Assembly: GCA_965637545.1 (NCBI GenBank)
Contig: OZ281498.1
Coordinates: 12,710,001-12,774,000 of the forward strand
DNA length: 64,000 nt
Direction: 5' to 3'
Origin: Phallusia mammillata
Taxonomy: Eukaryota
Within the stretch, counting starts at the first letter, position 1; each line of letters begins with the position of its first letter. Below, piece after piece: positions 12,133 to 27,100 of the stretch. Below the pieces are notes generated by a model. That model worked only from the letters and a program-made list of their open reading frames with translations, was not told the DNA's origin and did not search any database. The position numbers and the translations under genes were made by a program.

Positions 12133-15100
12133 ATGATAAAGCAGTTGCTTTTCTTGATCATATGCTTCAGTTGGAATACACAAATCAATGCAGACATATG
12201 TAAGTACATTTGAGCTTTTTGGTTTGAACCCATAGGTGTATGAATGGAAGTTGGTGTGTAAAGTTAAGCTGTATTGCTAGGTATACCATTGTAAGTGGCT
12301 GTTTACACACGTAGCAGCCACAGCATAAAGACTAATGTTTTCAAATGACTGCACATGAGATGTAGTAGGAAAGGTTTCGTGTAAAACGACGTATATATAT
12401 TTAAACGACTTCCTAAAATTGGGAAAGAGTCCGGACCCGTTTGGTCTAAGGAATTCCGAGCCTTTGTCGGAAGGTTCCGGTTCCGGTCCCGGTCGAGACT
12501 ATTATCACGCTTATGAGCCTGCTTTGTACCAAACCGGAAAGTTTTCTTTTCATACAATTGTCAGTCAGGCGCAGCCAGCCACATTCCAGTTCGCTTTACA
12601 TACCCTGTGTCTCTAGGTCGAATGTTTTGCCTGATACAGATTTCCCCCATCGACATTTGCTTGTGAAGTGCCTCTGAAGGTGCCGTAATGCGCTTACCGC
12701 ACTGTTGAGAATGCATTGGTTCGCAGATCATATGGTCTTCCAGCATATGTCGCGTTGCCAGGGGTTAACACAAGTTGCTTAAACCTGCATTTGCCAGATG
12801 CTGCACTTTGCACATGAAAGCCTTCATCCATTTACAGTATTCGATATTGCCATGGGTTTGGGGCTTTTTGACCCGTAATGACCCTGTTTGACAGAAGACC
12901 GTTAATCACGTGGTCACGGTCTGGTAGCGTCGTGTGATAGCACTAAGTTGTTTTCCGGATTACCTATTTCTGTTGTTGGTGTCACCCATTACACTTCGCG
13001 GAATTTGAGGCAAATAGTAACGCGACTACGATAATCTTCTTAAACAGTCAAAGATGCGCTGTCCTTGCTTCATATTGAATCCCAGTGGGCTTTTGTGCGC
13101 ACTCCGTCACCGAGTAATTCGATTACTTTCTCACTGTAATTGAAGAAACTAACTGATCCACACGAGAGCCAACGGTTTTGTCATTCACAAACCTTACCAG
13201 CTGGCTTTGTAAACAAAAGAACCTGTAGCCTGGATAGTTAGTAGAAGTTTGTTCTGTTGCAGAAGCACAAGGTAATTCTCAGCTAGTGGGGTAACTTGAA
13301 ACCATTCGCAATCGGAACAACTTGTGTCGTAGTTTTTAACACATGTTTGCACTAGAATCAACATAATGGTCCATCATATGTTTGCTCATTAGATAAACAA
13401 TCCATCGAGAACGTTAAATGATGTTTTAACTCAAACTGTGTCAAGTGGGTGTTGATGCAAACAATAAACAGGACACACGACAATTTGAAAATCCGGCAAA
13501 TTCCCGCCCTTTGAGGGGAAGTAATTAAATAAGGATTTTATGTTTCGACTCACACCAGAAGTCAGTGTAAACTAGAGCGTTAAATCCGGGTCAAGCGAAG
13601 GACATTTCAAAGTGCGCGCGAAATCGACCGATATTTCTTGCTTGAAACACATTTGGGCCAAGTCATAGTGTTACCAATTATATCACAATCTTTTGTCACA
13701 GTGTAAAAATCAATTACACGATAAGGGGTAGTATATACGACAACGACTTGTTGTGGAATGTTAGTAAACTTTCGTTGAAGTATAAATAGACAGATGGGTC
13801 TATGGTTTTACTTTGTACAATTTTCGGCTTGTTAAGAATGTTTATTGTAACCAAGCATGTATACCTTACCCGACGCACATTTACGAGCGAAGCAGGCTAA
13901 GATCGTTGACTAAGTTAGTCATAAAGATTTTTGGAATCTTTGTAACTTTTGTGCTTTCCATATGTTGTGATTACAAATGGTAATTATCTGTAAACAGAAA
14001 GGCCCTTGTTTGGAAAAATAAATGTCATACGCACCCTCGGGCAATGTTTTTGTAAACACAATAGCAACGACCAACGAGATACACTTAATCGTCACACTTA
14101 AGTAACAAAGCTTGTGTATCCAACACCATCAACATATGGTTACATATTTCATGTTTTACCTTTTAGATGAAATATACAACACGAAACAAGCAACCACAGA
14201 CCTGGACTGGACGAAGCACGCCACGAAAGGAGATGGGGTAAGCGTTGGTCTCTTAAAGCTGCAACAATTTTGTTCGGCAGCAAATACTCGCTCCCGGGTC
14301 CGTGTTAGCTTTTGCTATTTTGCTTCCGCAATGAAAATACCCCGGCTGTAAACCTTTGTTAAAGTGTAACTGACTTGCCCACATACATTCCTGGTTTATT
14401 TTCCCCGCTTGTAAAGGATCGAAAGGTCGGTAAAACTTTACATACAAGAAAACGAACGATACACAAAGAATAATGTGATAATAACGCGAAAACGGTGAAA
14501 TCATCCAACACGGATGAGTGGATTTGGTGAAAACAACATCGTAAGAGCATGAAGTAACAGTGACCTTGCCATGAATCATTGCTTGGGCATTAGTGTTGAA
14601 CGTAGACACGGCAAGCTTGGAATCTGTTGCCACCCGCACTCAACGCTTTGTTCTGCCTTTACCAAGCGATAATTGCTAGTTTCTCTCGCTTCAATTCGTT
14701 CGGACATGCGAGAAAAATGCACTCCAAATTGCGTAATCCCACATAGACCAAAAAGATCGGAGAAACACGACATAATGTGCTCGTGACTCTTTGCTGGTCA
14801 ATAATTAACCCGCATTTTTTCATTCGACGCTTTATACTTCTATGCGGGCTTGAACCACTACGAAGAAATGGTGAAGTGTCAATTACATGTTTTTTTCTTT
14901 CCCTGACAACATACAGCTTATTCATCGTGTTGTTGAAATACACCCCTGTCAACACGTATGTTAAACTGTTTGAAAAGTTACTCATCACATACATAACCCT
15001 AATCTATATGATTATTGTGTGTGATATCTTTGGACATAAATCATTTTCAAATGTAAAATATACCATTCAGTGCTTTTTTACTGTTTACTGCGTTTAGGAC

Positions 15101-18100
15101 AAATACCTGTCGGAATTCCTCTCACCTACATGTGTATTTTCGTCACTCAAACACAAGTGGTGTTACTGTGGCAACGGCTCGTAAACGGAACGATTTACAA
15201 ACATTAAAGGCGTAATCAGATTTTCTCGCGCGTTAAGTACCGCTAGAACACAAACGACAAACATACTTGATTCGGGTCGGCTGAAGACAAAATGTAATAT
15301 CCTGTCGCACGAGCGCAACACATAATACACACATATCAAAGCTATTGCGTCAAAGCGAAAACAGGGCCCTGAAACGATTCCAATCGACTAAATATTGACA
15401 CAAGGCGGCGGTTGTCATTCTTACAATAGGGGCCGGGTCAGGAATGGCCTTATCCTTTTGGAAGGTTGGTTAGGAAAGCTCTGGCATTATACGATTGGCA
15501 GATCAGAATGAACACCCTTTTTTGAACGCTGGGCAATGCCGGATAAAATCAACATCAGGTCTTTAACTCCGTCTATTGTTGCAGTGGGAAGAAGTAAGCA
15601 GCCTTTATGGCCACGGAACAGTGAGATCGTACCAGGCCTGTCCGGAAGAGGACGACATATACCCAAAAGACAACTGGATAAGATCTCCTTACATTTCAGC
15701 AAAGTATGTATTTTAAATTGATATAAGTCCAACACACACAAAAAAAACAATACCAGACTGTTTTAGGAATTTTGAAACTGAATTCTTTGTGCCTAATCAC
15801 CTTTACATGTGTTTTGGTAATTAAAAACATCATTCCATAAGTTATTGACCCTAATATACGAAATCACCTTTTCGCTTGCTTCCGGATGCAAGGGTCATCC
15901 ACCTCTTGATTTCATTGGATATATTTTTACATTTTCGGTCACGTTTGTTTGACTACCGGCAAGAACACATGTCAGCATGCATGTTGTTTATATATCAACA
16001 GGGAAGGGGAACGCATTTACATTGACTTGGAATACTCAATTGACCAATGTTCGTCGGATAAAAAGGACGCAAAATGTAAGGAGACTTTCAACTTGTTTTA
16101 CTACCAAGCGAAAGCCGATGTTGCGTCAAGCACGTTCCCACCATGGCGGGAGAACCCATACAAAAAAATAGACACCGTTGCAGCTAATGCCGGATCACAG
16201 GAAATTAACAGAAAGACTTTTAGCGTTGGTTCACTAAAAAGGTATGTTTCAAACTAACTACATTTAAATTGCAAGAAAGTGTGTAAACTGTGTCTCTTTT
16301 TGCAGGAAAGGACTCTACATTGCTATCCAAGATCAAGGCGCTTGCATGTCCATCCTGTCGGTCCGTTTGTACTATTACTACTGCAATATGGTTTACAAGA
16401 ACCTGGCTGTGTTTCCAAGAACGGTTTCAGGCGATGGGCCTGCCTCATTAGTTACTGCACCCGGTACTTGCGTCGCAAATGCAATATACCAAGGTACGTT
16501 GTTTTGTTTGCATTTTTTTGAGTAACGTATTGGCCTTCAAATCGCATCAGTTTAATTCACTGTTGTCTTTAACATGATTAACAGTTTGGGTTTAATTGAC
16601 AGTAAGAGTTTCTACAAATTGTATCCTAAAAAAGCAAAAAACAATTCAAATAATATCGACTTTTTTATTGTTCTCGTTGTTAATGTTTGTTTATCATAAT
16701 TATCTTGTAGGTGACAAGCCACTATACAGATGTAGTAGCAATGGGAACTGGAAAATTCCAACTGGAGAGTGTAGTTGTGGCGAGGGTTATGAGGAAAGCG
16801 ACGATTTGACAGAATGTATTGGTAAGTGTGTAAAATGAAATCATTTAGCAAAATTGCGGTTTTGGGTGGTTACCACAAATCACTTTAAAATCGACGGAAA
16901 CCTTTAAATCCGATAAAACGCATGATATTAAACAAATGTGGTGATTGTCCTGAACTTAATGACTCGGTGCTGGGTCATGTGCATGTGGTGAACTTGTGAC
17001 AATTGGTAGCGGGAAAGATGATCCCAATTAAATATGGGTGATGAGATTATTTTCTCCACCCAAAGGCGATTATCAAAGGATACACCTTTGTCGAATAGGC
17101 CGTGTTTCGGAAGTGGACTACCCAGTCCCTTTGTCTCACGCTAATCTCCTTTGTTTTTTAACTCTGGTGTCGTGAAAAACACTTCAAATCGTTTACGGGT
17201 GTTACGTAAATCATGTCAGCTCCAAACAGAACTGAACAATTTGGTGTTAGATTTACGACTATTGTAATAATTATATTTGGAAAATGTAAATTCTACGTAG
17301 GCATCATTAGGTCATGCTCGCCAGATGACATGTTAGGCCGTAAATCCTGTCTCCTAAAACCTGCCGTTAATTTAACAATCACTCAGGAACGCAACTGCAT
17401 TACGACAACCGGTTGCTCGGTACACAAATCCGCATTCCACTCCTATTCAGCAGTTCCATACTTGTCGAGACTTTGGCAGGTCACCTTGTAAAAATATTGG
17501 CTAAATGCGCTCGTTAGTATTCCATTCAATACAACAGTGGACAGTTGCTGAATGGAACAGTAGCCCGCAGTCCTTTTGTGACAGTTTCTCTCGTTGACAA
17601 AGTGTTAGTGTCGCGAACTCGCATACCAGAATATTATCTCCAACTCGTTTGCCAGCTCAAGTACCCCTCACACGTGGCTCTATTGTACGACGTCCTTTAT
17701 TCTGCTGAATTCTTGTCGGCATCTTCTGCTTGACAAGGAGGAGTTGAACCTTGCTACGATCCAAAAATAGAGTCTTATTCCCGATCGACATTTTTTATTC
17801 ACCTTAATAGAACTGTTGGAGATCATGTTGACGCGATAGAACCTGCCATCACGAAAAAACCAAACAATCGTAATATTCCTTGTGATGACTGACCCGCGTT
17901 TCGTCTGGCATAGGTGACGTAGGGTATGACGGAATGGGATTGCACGCCGGCGACTACAAGTCTACGCCGCGACCATTCAGTGACGCCACGCAAAAAAATA
18001 TGGATAAAATCTTGGTCTTTGCGCACCGGGCGCCCCGCAGTCAATATTTGCTTATGATTTAACGCAAAATGCCACTGGGGAACCTAAATACCGACCGGGC

Positions 18101-21100
18101 GCTCCTGGAAAACTTTCTTTGATCTCCACACAACCAATTATTAAGTCGTTTCTTCCGCCCCTCTAGAGGTCCGCGTTTGTTGTCGTATGAAGGTGTTCAG
18201 TATGGAAACACTTGGCTTTCTCTCTGAGGGCTCAAGTTGCAAATGATTTCGTATCTTTGCGTCAAAACTGTGAATGACTCAAAGGCATTAAATCCCTCTC
18301 GATGGGTTTACGCTGACTGGTCAGCCTCTTATCCACGCACACTTGGCCACTGTACAGTCGCCGGTAATTGGACCTGGCGCGCGATGAAGGTATCAAGCAC
18401 TGTCGAGTATTGGCTACGGCGACTTGAAGCGCATTTATATTACGGAGAGTCGCGATGAAAGTCTATCAAAGCCAATCGAAATTCTTCTGCCATGATTTGA
18501 AAGCTCGGGTTTGTCCCTACTCTCGTATATGCGCCTAGATCGTGTTTTCGGTTCACGGTTTTAGCTGCAAAATTATACAAAATAATCCCTCGGCGAGAAA
18601 ATTTATCATCGTGTTCACATACCGGCGAAGCGTTGGTGCCTGCACATGACGCCAATGCAAGACTGGGCAAACACTGCACTTGGCTTTCGTCCCTAATTGA
18701 AGCATCATTGAGACTCGCTTGGTGCCAAAAATGGTTCGCAAACTTTTCTTGCTTTCGGATAGCACGTAATTGGCGTTCGCTGCAAGAGCAAAAAATGGTG
18801 CGGCATGGCATGTTGCAGATACTTCATTTAAGCAGAACACTTGGCGGTGTCCATTAAAAAGTTTCACAAGGCTAGGCTGAGGTCAAGCTCAATGACCTCA
18901 ATGGCAGTGGACCAATGAAGATAATTTGGCTGTAGGTTGCCGAACACAAAAACTCGCATTCCGTTTTTCGTGTTTAACAAACAAAAATGTTGCCCTCAAC
19001 AACAAGTTGTAAAAAAATCAAACTCCCTTATTGTTTTGTATGGAATTTCGCATCACTATTCACAATGCAAATTGACTTTTTCGAACATCGGTCGTCAAGT
19101 TTAAGATCTCTTGGCATTCCATCACGTAGACCAGCCATATATATCCCAACCTACGATATGTTACCCCGACAACGTCATTCAACAAGTTATTTCGTCCCGA
19201 AATGCTGAGCTATAAAACACAATAGTTGGCACGTGAAAACGCAGAACCGAAATTTACAGGAACCTGGAATTTTCGCACGAGAACTTCCGGTCCTTCTCTT
19301 TGTGCTTTGCTTTGTAGGGCGTGGTGGGCCCGACGTAGCTCTGGACCAACAAAGGGCTCTTTTAAATTGTATTGTGCGCCCAATAAAGCAATTGACGACA
19401 TTTTGTGCGATCTCGCTAATCCCTGACGTCACCGTTTTGCGTGCGCTTTACGCGGTTATGCTAGGCCACGGTTTCTTGGCATTTCACACAACACGACAAG
19501 ATAAGGATGTAAATCATCCGATTCCAGTTGTGGCGTTGCAAAAACACGCTTCCTGGATTAGTTAGCGCCACAACAACAACAAAAACAGGGCGCGCGACTA
19601 ACAAAGGACAAACAAGCACCAGGTTTCCATTTTCATTGCTGTATTCCCATTAACTGATACGAAGGCCCTACGTCGTTGTTGTCAATCGTAAGTTCTCCAA
19701 ACTTTTCCATTCATAAATATCAAGCGTCGGACATGTCTGGGCGTGCCCCGTGACCCAACATGCAACAGGTCAATACAACCTTGCGCTGTTTGCGAACTCA
19801 GGAGAACACACAAAGTGCTGGTTGCATTGGGCAACTGTACTATTTTAAACATCGCTTTTGTTAGAAACCACACACAAAGGTTTTTGTCCGATAGAATAGT
19901 TATCTACAGTTCCAATCACTTTTAAATATTTAACAAGCGTTCCACCTATTGCCACAGCTATACCTTGTTCCTCTTCTTCGTGATTTTACTTTTGCGGCGT
20001 CAGTGATGATATAGCGCGATGTGCTACATTGTAAGTAGGTTAAAGCACCGAACCCATTTTTATCAGAATCACGCAGCCGATTTTGACGACAAACATTGCA
20101 CCGCTAATGTTGTCTGACCTCTATTTTAAACGCATGGCAAACAGTTGGTATTTGTGTATACGTCATTCCGAAGCAGTCAAATTACCCGTGAAAATTTCAC
20201 AGAGTAGAAACTCTCTTGTTTGTGTGGCAATCTCGGTGAAATTCCAAAGCAGTTGAATTTGTGTATTAGGCGTAACTGGTTCAATGTTTAAGGTAACGTC
20301 TAAACAATTGCGTCAGATTCGTCTAATCTTGTCGTCGGCAAACAGGATAAGGTTGACAAATCCTGCGTGCCATCGTTTGGTAAAATGAGTCACTTCTTGT
20401 GTGCCGGAGCTCCACCTGTTAAACGGGTTTTTCCTGAACTGTTTTGTTTTTCAGAATGTTCGGCTGGAACGTACAAACTTGGAGCTGGAAAGCACAAGTG
20501 CACGCAGTGTCCGGCCAACAGTGGCCTTCCGGCCCTAAAACTTCCAAGGCTTTCTGCCCAGGAAGTTGAGAAGCGGACCATAAAGCACAACGACTGTCCA
20601 TGTTGGTCTGGATATGCCAGGGCTGAACACGAACCAATCAGCATGGCTTGCACAAGTAAGAATTTAAAATAATAATGTATACTGTGCTTCACAAAACTTA
20701 CCTCCAGGTTGGAATTAAACGCAAGAGACTTTTGCTGCTATAACATATTTTTAAAGAAACTTCCTTTTCACGTCATACCGATAGTGTGGTACATTTTTGA
20801 CTTCATTTAATAATGGCGCGCGTTAAGAGCCAAAACGCAGTGGACCGATACGTTTACCTTACCAATATCGTTTAGAAGAATTCCGGCGCTTGTAACGCGT
20901 CACTGATCACATGATGTCGCAATATACCTCTGCGTGACATCGATAATCCGCTTGTATTGTGACGATACTGGGCGGTATATCGCGTGCGACAACATTGTAA
21001 TTTCGATTCAAAAAGCGTATAAAGCACAAATAATTCCCGACAAATGCCGCACAAAGGTCTTTTTCCCGGCGAATTGTTACACCAACACCGTGCAATTACG

Positions 21101-24100
21101 CATTTGAGACATCCCATCAACTAAGAAAACGTACAGGTTTAAACACGTGCTCTGTAATGCTGGGAAACTTCTGTGGGCGTTGCCAGAAGTAGAGCAGCCC
21201 TGTCTAACCTAAGAGGTCGCCGTATCGCGTTGTCAAGTGATTACATTCAAGTCCATGCGGTGATTACATAGACTTCGTGCCCTGCTGAATGGTCTGAAGC
21301 GTGTTTGGCTTCTGTCTTGGCGAAGTGGTCTTTTGCGTAATGATAAGGCAAAGTCTTGTGCAACACTCTATTATCTATGTTTTCCCGCAACAGGATACAT
21401 GGTAATGTTTTGCGCTTGTTCTTTATCAGCGGCCACGCCTGACCGCATGAACAGGTCGAAAAGGTAAAAGACAACTACCATGCAAGTTGTGCAAAACTCG
21501 CAGTAATGTAGTCACGTCCCTCTTAAAGACGACAGCGTTCCACAAAAATCATAAACAACTCTTTCGCTATTTTGATTCGTGTTTAATCCCATTCTGTCAC
21601 GCTGGCACCTTTTCGTGGAACTTTGGCGAAAGGCGTAGACTCAGCAGAAATAAACATGTACTTTTTTATCTTTTTACAATGTCCAATCACAACGTGCGGT
21701 ACACCCGTTAGTCCTGGCCCCTGCCCTCGGTGACACACACAAACTGCTTGTAACATATTAACGAGAAAAGAAGTATGAAAGTGTACGCAGTGGAAAGTGC
21801 ACTCAAACAATGAACTTGCGATAACCTGCGCTGTCGGGTTAATATTTGACCATTTTCCGGATGTTAGAGCAGCCATATTGCGAAACTGCACCTGATTGAA
21901 TCCGCCATTTTGGTTTCGATTAAGATGTAGTAGGTGCCAAGGAATGACGCAACGACAGGACAAGTAGCAAGACAAACCAAAGTCAGTTTTGTTGCTCATT
22001 TCCCGCTGCTAAAACCGGTAACATGATCTGAGGCGGCGGGAGTGTGCAACTGTTTCACCGCCAAACCTTCGCCATAACTTACCTGTCAACAGCCGTTGAA
22101 CCCAAACGACATTTTTCGCTGCCTAGGTTCTGCTTGACTTTTCGCAAATGTAGTTGCTTGTGAAGTTGAATAGGCGATGCTTATTTGCCGACATAGCCGC
22201 GATACGCATGGTTACCGTACTGCGCGAAAGCGGTATGTATCTAGCCAAAACTGTGGTGTTAACATTCTTTTTGGGGGGCTTTCAGGCATTGTGCTGTTAA
22301 TACTGACATAAAGCAAAGCGGCGTGTTTATCATTCGTCAGACACCCCTGTGGGCTGAAAACAAATTATGCCTGTTTCTTATCAGTCGCAGCAGGGCTTCG
22401 ATCAGCCTTCGCGACAAGTTGCGCTTACGGCTCGTTTATCATTCCGGTGATCGGTGCCGGCTCTTAAAGACATGCTCTGTCAGCATGCATGTCACTTGGA
22501 CAGGACTGGTGCGTTTCGGGCAGCTGATGGCGAAATTCGATCGCAATGTGCTGCCTGGGTTGCGCTTTTGAGGGGCAGATAAGATATCTGAAACACGCAT
22601 AATATGCGATGACTCCAACTCGAAGCGATGGTTTCAAACAGGAATTTCAAGTTTTGCTGTGATACAACAAAACAACTTGTTTTAATCAATTAAGAGACTC
22701 TTATAATCGGGTTCGCAACTATTTTGACTGAATGACTAATCATTTTTCGAAAATATCGTAATACCACAGACTGCCAATTCGTGTTACTCGTTGGCATCGC
22801 CTCATCACCCAAATGCCATGCTTATATGTCGCGGGTCGTACACTGTACCGTAATCGCGATTTAGCGGTTGTAATAGAATCATCGAGGAGAAAGTTTAACT
22901 TGGTAACAACCGATCACAATTTGAAAACACCCTTAAATCTCATCTACACAATCTTTTGAGAAACGACTTGTGCAAGGCTGAGATATATTCACATGAAACT
23001 GTATCCATAATGCTTCGTTTGACATGCAGTCACCCGAATCGATGCCACAACTGGAACCTGTAGGTGTTGAAAGCTAACTGGCACCTTGTTGTGTTAACGG
23101 ACATCTGTGGGGTTTCGTGAAAGGCCAGCTCGTCTCGAAACGATTGAAATTGTTTTAGACCGGCGCCTAATCTAAAACCCCTATTTCCAAGAGCCTTTGT
23201 TACTGCGAGTTTGCTTGTCTTGTATCGCGACGTTTAATGAAACAGGAAAGCCGGAATGGGCCGGTTTGTACTTAAACGTTTATGTTTTGTGTTTTTAGGG
23301 CCGCCAACTGCACCTCTTACTCTCGGCGCGAGCTCTCATAATTCAACCAGCGTCCGACTAACGTGGGAAGAGCCGCAAGATAACGGCTCCCGCGATGACT
23401 TGTACTACAGGTAAAATATGGACGTTAGTTAAAGCTTATGTGTCTAGTGCACGGACTAAACCTTGTGTCTTACTTTAGTGTGGAGTGCGAGCAGAGCGAT
23501 GTTGATGTGAAGAAATTTCAACCTTGTTCTTCGTCTGTGGTTGTCGTCGCCCCAAAGAGAAATGGAAAACTGTACACAGAACGTGCGATCATGGTTGGCC
23601 TCACACCACATAAAAAATACCAGTTTACAGTTGTTTCACACAACGGAGCTTCCGACGCCCTTCAAGGCCCGGCGAATCTCAGAGAATCCAAAGTAGAAGT
23701 CAATACCAGTGAAGAAGGTAAACACTTTGAATTCTCAAATTCACAGATCTCTTTCAACGTGTATTGTCGACCTTCGTACCTATAGTGGATTTCCTCTCCC
23801 GCCCTTGGCAAGTTTATTAGCTTCCGTGGTCTGGCGATAACATTCCTCGTAGATCAAGTCGACCGACCAAAAATTCACCAATGTGATGATGTTTAGTTTA
23901 TGCATTCTACGCCGCGCCTCGTTCCAGACCCGACGTAGGCGTTTATTGCGATATTTACGACATGTTTAAGGCGCAAAACCAGGTGTTTCAACAGGTTTTT
24001 GTTCGAACTTGAGCCGATCAAGTCTTTCAGTATTGTTTGTGGGCGCCACTTGGGTGTCTTTAAAAAAATGCTTTGTTCAGTTTAATCCACACTATCGGGC

Positions 24101-27100
24101 ACAGATCGAAGTTTGTAGTGTTTATCTTTTACCATAAGCCGGACACCATCCGATCTTCAGTGAACTTTACATTAGTTTTAACCGCCTGGAAGCGGATTTC
24201 CAACTCATTAAATTTAACCCCTTGCACCTTTTTAGCTTTAAATCGCAGCTGTGCTCTCAAAAAGTATTTTTTATGATATTGGCTTATGGGATAACGCCAG
24301 ACTGGATAATATATTTTACAACAGTTTGAGTATTGATCTTTGTGAAGGCATGTTTCATTTAATTAATCTTGTAGCATCGACGATTGGTCGAAAGCGATTC
24401 GGTGTAGTTTGTATATAAGCTACTTAATCTCTTACGCTTCGATTCGTTGACCACGAGCGTTCGAGATTTATCTCAAAATCACTTGTTATAAATAGCAATA
24501 TGACAGCGCGCTCACATCTCAGCGAGCTCGCGCCTACCGAAGACGACTTGTTTTTCGCGCAGAAACATTCCGCGGACGTGGTTTAAACCTCGTATGACGC
24601 AATGAACGAATTCCGGCATGCGCCCGATTGAACTAGTCAAACGCGTGCGCTGAGTTCCACCCTGGTTGTGACCGCGAGTTTGGGCTGCTTGAGGCAAAAT
24701 ACCACCGGCGCGATTATTTCATAATCCGTCTCCTGTCAAGTTTGATTCCCACAATATTGAATGTTGATCAAACGCGTTAATGCATCAGCGATCTGTTTTT
24801 GACCTTTTTCTTCGTATTTCCAGCTCCATCGCAAGTCCCAAACATTCAAATGACCGCTAGAGACGAAACGTCGGTGACAATCTCCTGGCCAAAACCAACC
24901 CGACCCAATGGCCTCATCTTGGCGTACGAAGTTGTCTCTCAAAGAAAACAAATTCTAAATGTTCATGCTTTGAAACAGCCTGATGCACCTTTTGTGCAAA
25001 CAGTAAGCAAAACTTTTACGAATCTTTTTTAATTTGTCAAAATAGTACGTTATTGTTGTGCGGCACCGAGTTGCATCCCCTCTGTTGGTTTACTTTCACC
25101 TCAGGTCGAAAAGTTGTGATGTTTTACACTCAAAAATTGGCTTGTATCTTTTTTCGAATACAGTATTTAGAACCGTACTTTAGAATTTTGTGCCTAAGAT
25201 TAACGTTGAATTTTCTAACACAACTCGCTGACAGTTAAGATGAACATAAATTCATAACGTGGATCAGCCCTAAAGCGTCGATGCAGACCAGCGATCACGG
25301 CACACTCATGTGTAAATCACATTACGCCATTAAAGGCGTCATACCGAATCAGCCGGTCACCAAGCATTCACCACCATATGGCACCATATGGCAAGGCCTG
25401 CGGTGGGATTCGAACCCACGACAAGTCGCTGACATAGCAAAAGGCCTGCTTGTGATTTATACTGACTTCATCTGTTTTTCGCAGACTACCGAGAATAAAC
25501 TTACCCTGACGTTGAAGTCCAACGTCGACTACAACGTGCGAGTTAGGGCAAAAACATCAGCAGGGTATGGCCCGTACAGCCCATGGACCACCGTCCACAC
25601 AGCCTCATCTACAAATACACCCTCTGAACCAGTTACTGGATCGAGCAACAACATGGTCATAATCATCGCGGCTGTATGCGCAATTCTTTTCATCGTTCTC
25701 GTTGCCTTTATTGTGATACGATATAGAAGCACGGGAAAGCTTCTCTGTCTCAACACCAGTCGGGTGCCGAAAAAGCAGCAGGACAAGAACGCATTGAAAA
25801 AGCTGGGAAATGACATGCTTCCAAGGGAGCCGTTGATAGGTATGTAACGACCTCCTTTATTGTTTGATGTTTAACTAGTGACGTCTCAAGTGTTTAAGAG
25901 AGGCACCTGTGCTTACTGGATTTCGCAATAGCAACCGCCCAGTTCTTAAATGTAGCTTGTGGCTCGATGGGTCTTGTATAAATGACTCTTCTCACAGTTG
26001 ATCTCCCACCGCCAGGCCAACGTCTCTACGTCGAGTACCCGGATCCACAGAAAGCCATATCTGAAATCGCTAAAGAATTCAACATCCGGGACATCGTAAC
26101 AGATGACGTCATCGGTGTCGGTAAGTGTCGATCAGGCTTTCTGTATCGAGTTTACAACAACAAGTGTATAGCGTGATTCACATTTCAGGTGAATTCGCTG
26201 AAGTTCTACGTGGTTCGTTGCGTGGCAACAGGTGTCCACAAGGCCAGGTTGTGGCGGTAAAACGACTGAAACCCGGTCACACCAAACGCGATCAGAGCAA
26301 CTTTTTGCGGGAAGCATCGACCATGGCCCAGTTTAAAGACCCAAACATTGTTCAGCTTCTAGGCGTGGTTACCAAAGGTTCGTTAAGCTCTTATTCTTGC
26401 ATCGGCTAATGCTAAAAATAACACGAAGTCTAATGTGGAAGTATATATTCTTACAGCTCCTCCAATTATGATCATCACTGAATACATGGAGAATAAGTCG
26501 CTGGACAAATACTTGGAGGTAAGTAATCGTGTTCGTGTTTATTTTGTTTCATATTTGGACAGTGATTCATGGGTAATCATTTATGTAATAAATTTGTGCA
26601 TGTGTAACAAGACCTGAATCGGCCATTTTGTTCTGTCACTAATAATGTAACGACATACTAAGCTATCTTGTTGTTAGTAATGATTTATTATGGGTCCCCT
26701 TCCCTGAAGGGGACACATATTGATTTTACTCGAATTGTTTTTGTTTGTTTTTGTTTTTTTTTGTTTTTTTTTGTTTTTTTTTCTTCCTTTTTTTCTTCCC
26801 AAAGTTTGTCCGACTCGTTTTTCTATCAAATGTTTGATGGGTTTGGCTGAAATTTACACAGATGGTAGATATAGTTATGTAGATGTGCATCCCACTTTGT
26901 TTTTGTTGATAACCCCAGTATTTACCCCGCTAGCCCCCTAAAATGCGTATTTTTTCCCGGAAGTTTGTCCGACTCATTTTTCCATCAAATGTTTGATGTG
27001 TTTGGCTGAAATTTACACAGATGGTAGATATAGTTATGTAGATGTGCATCCCACTTTGTTTTTGTTGATAACCCCAGTATTTACCCCGCTCGCCCCCTAA

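Noticed and set aside
26189-26210. Eph2 as a pseudokinase because the Gly loop reads GVGEFA
   Set aside because: Ala at the third Gly position is tolerated in active kinases, and the Lys, Glu, HRD and DFG residues are intact.
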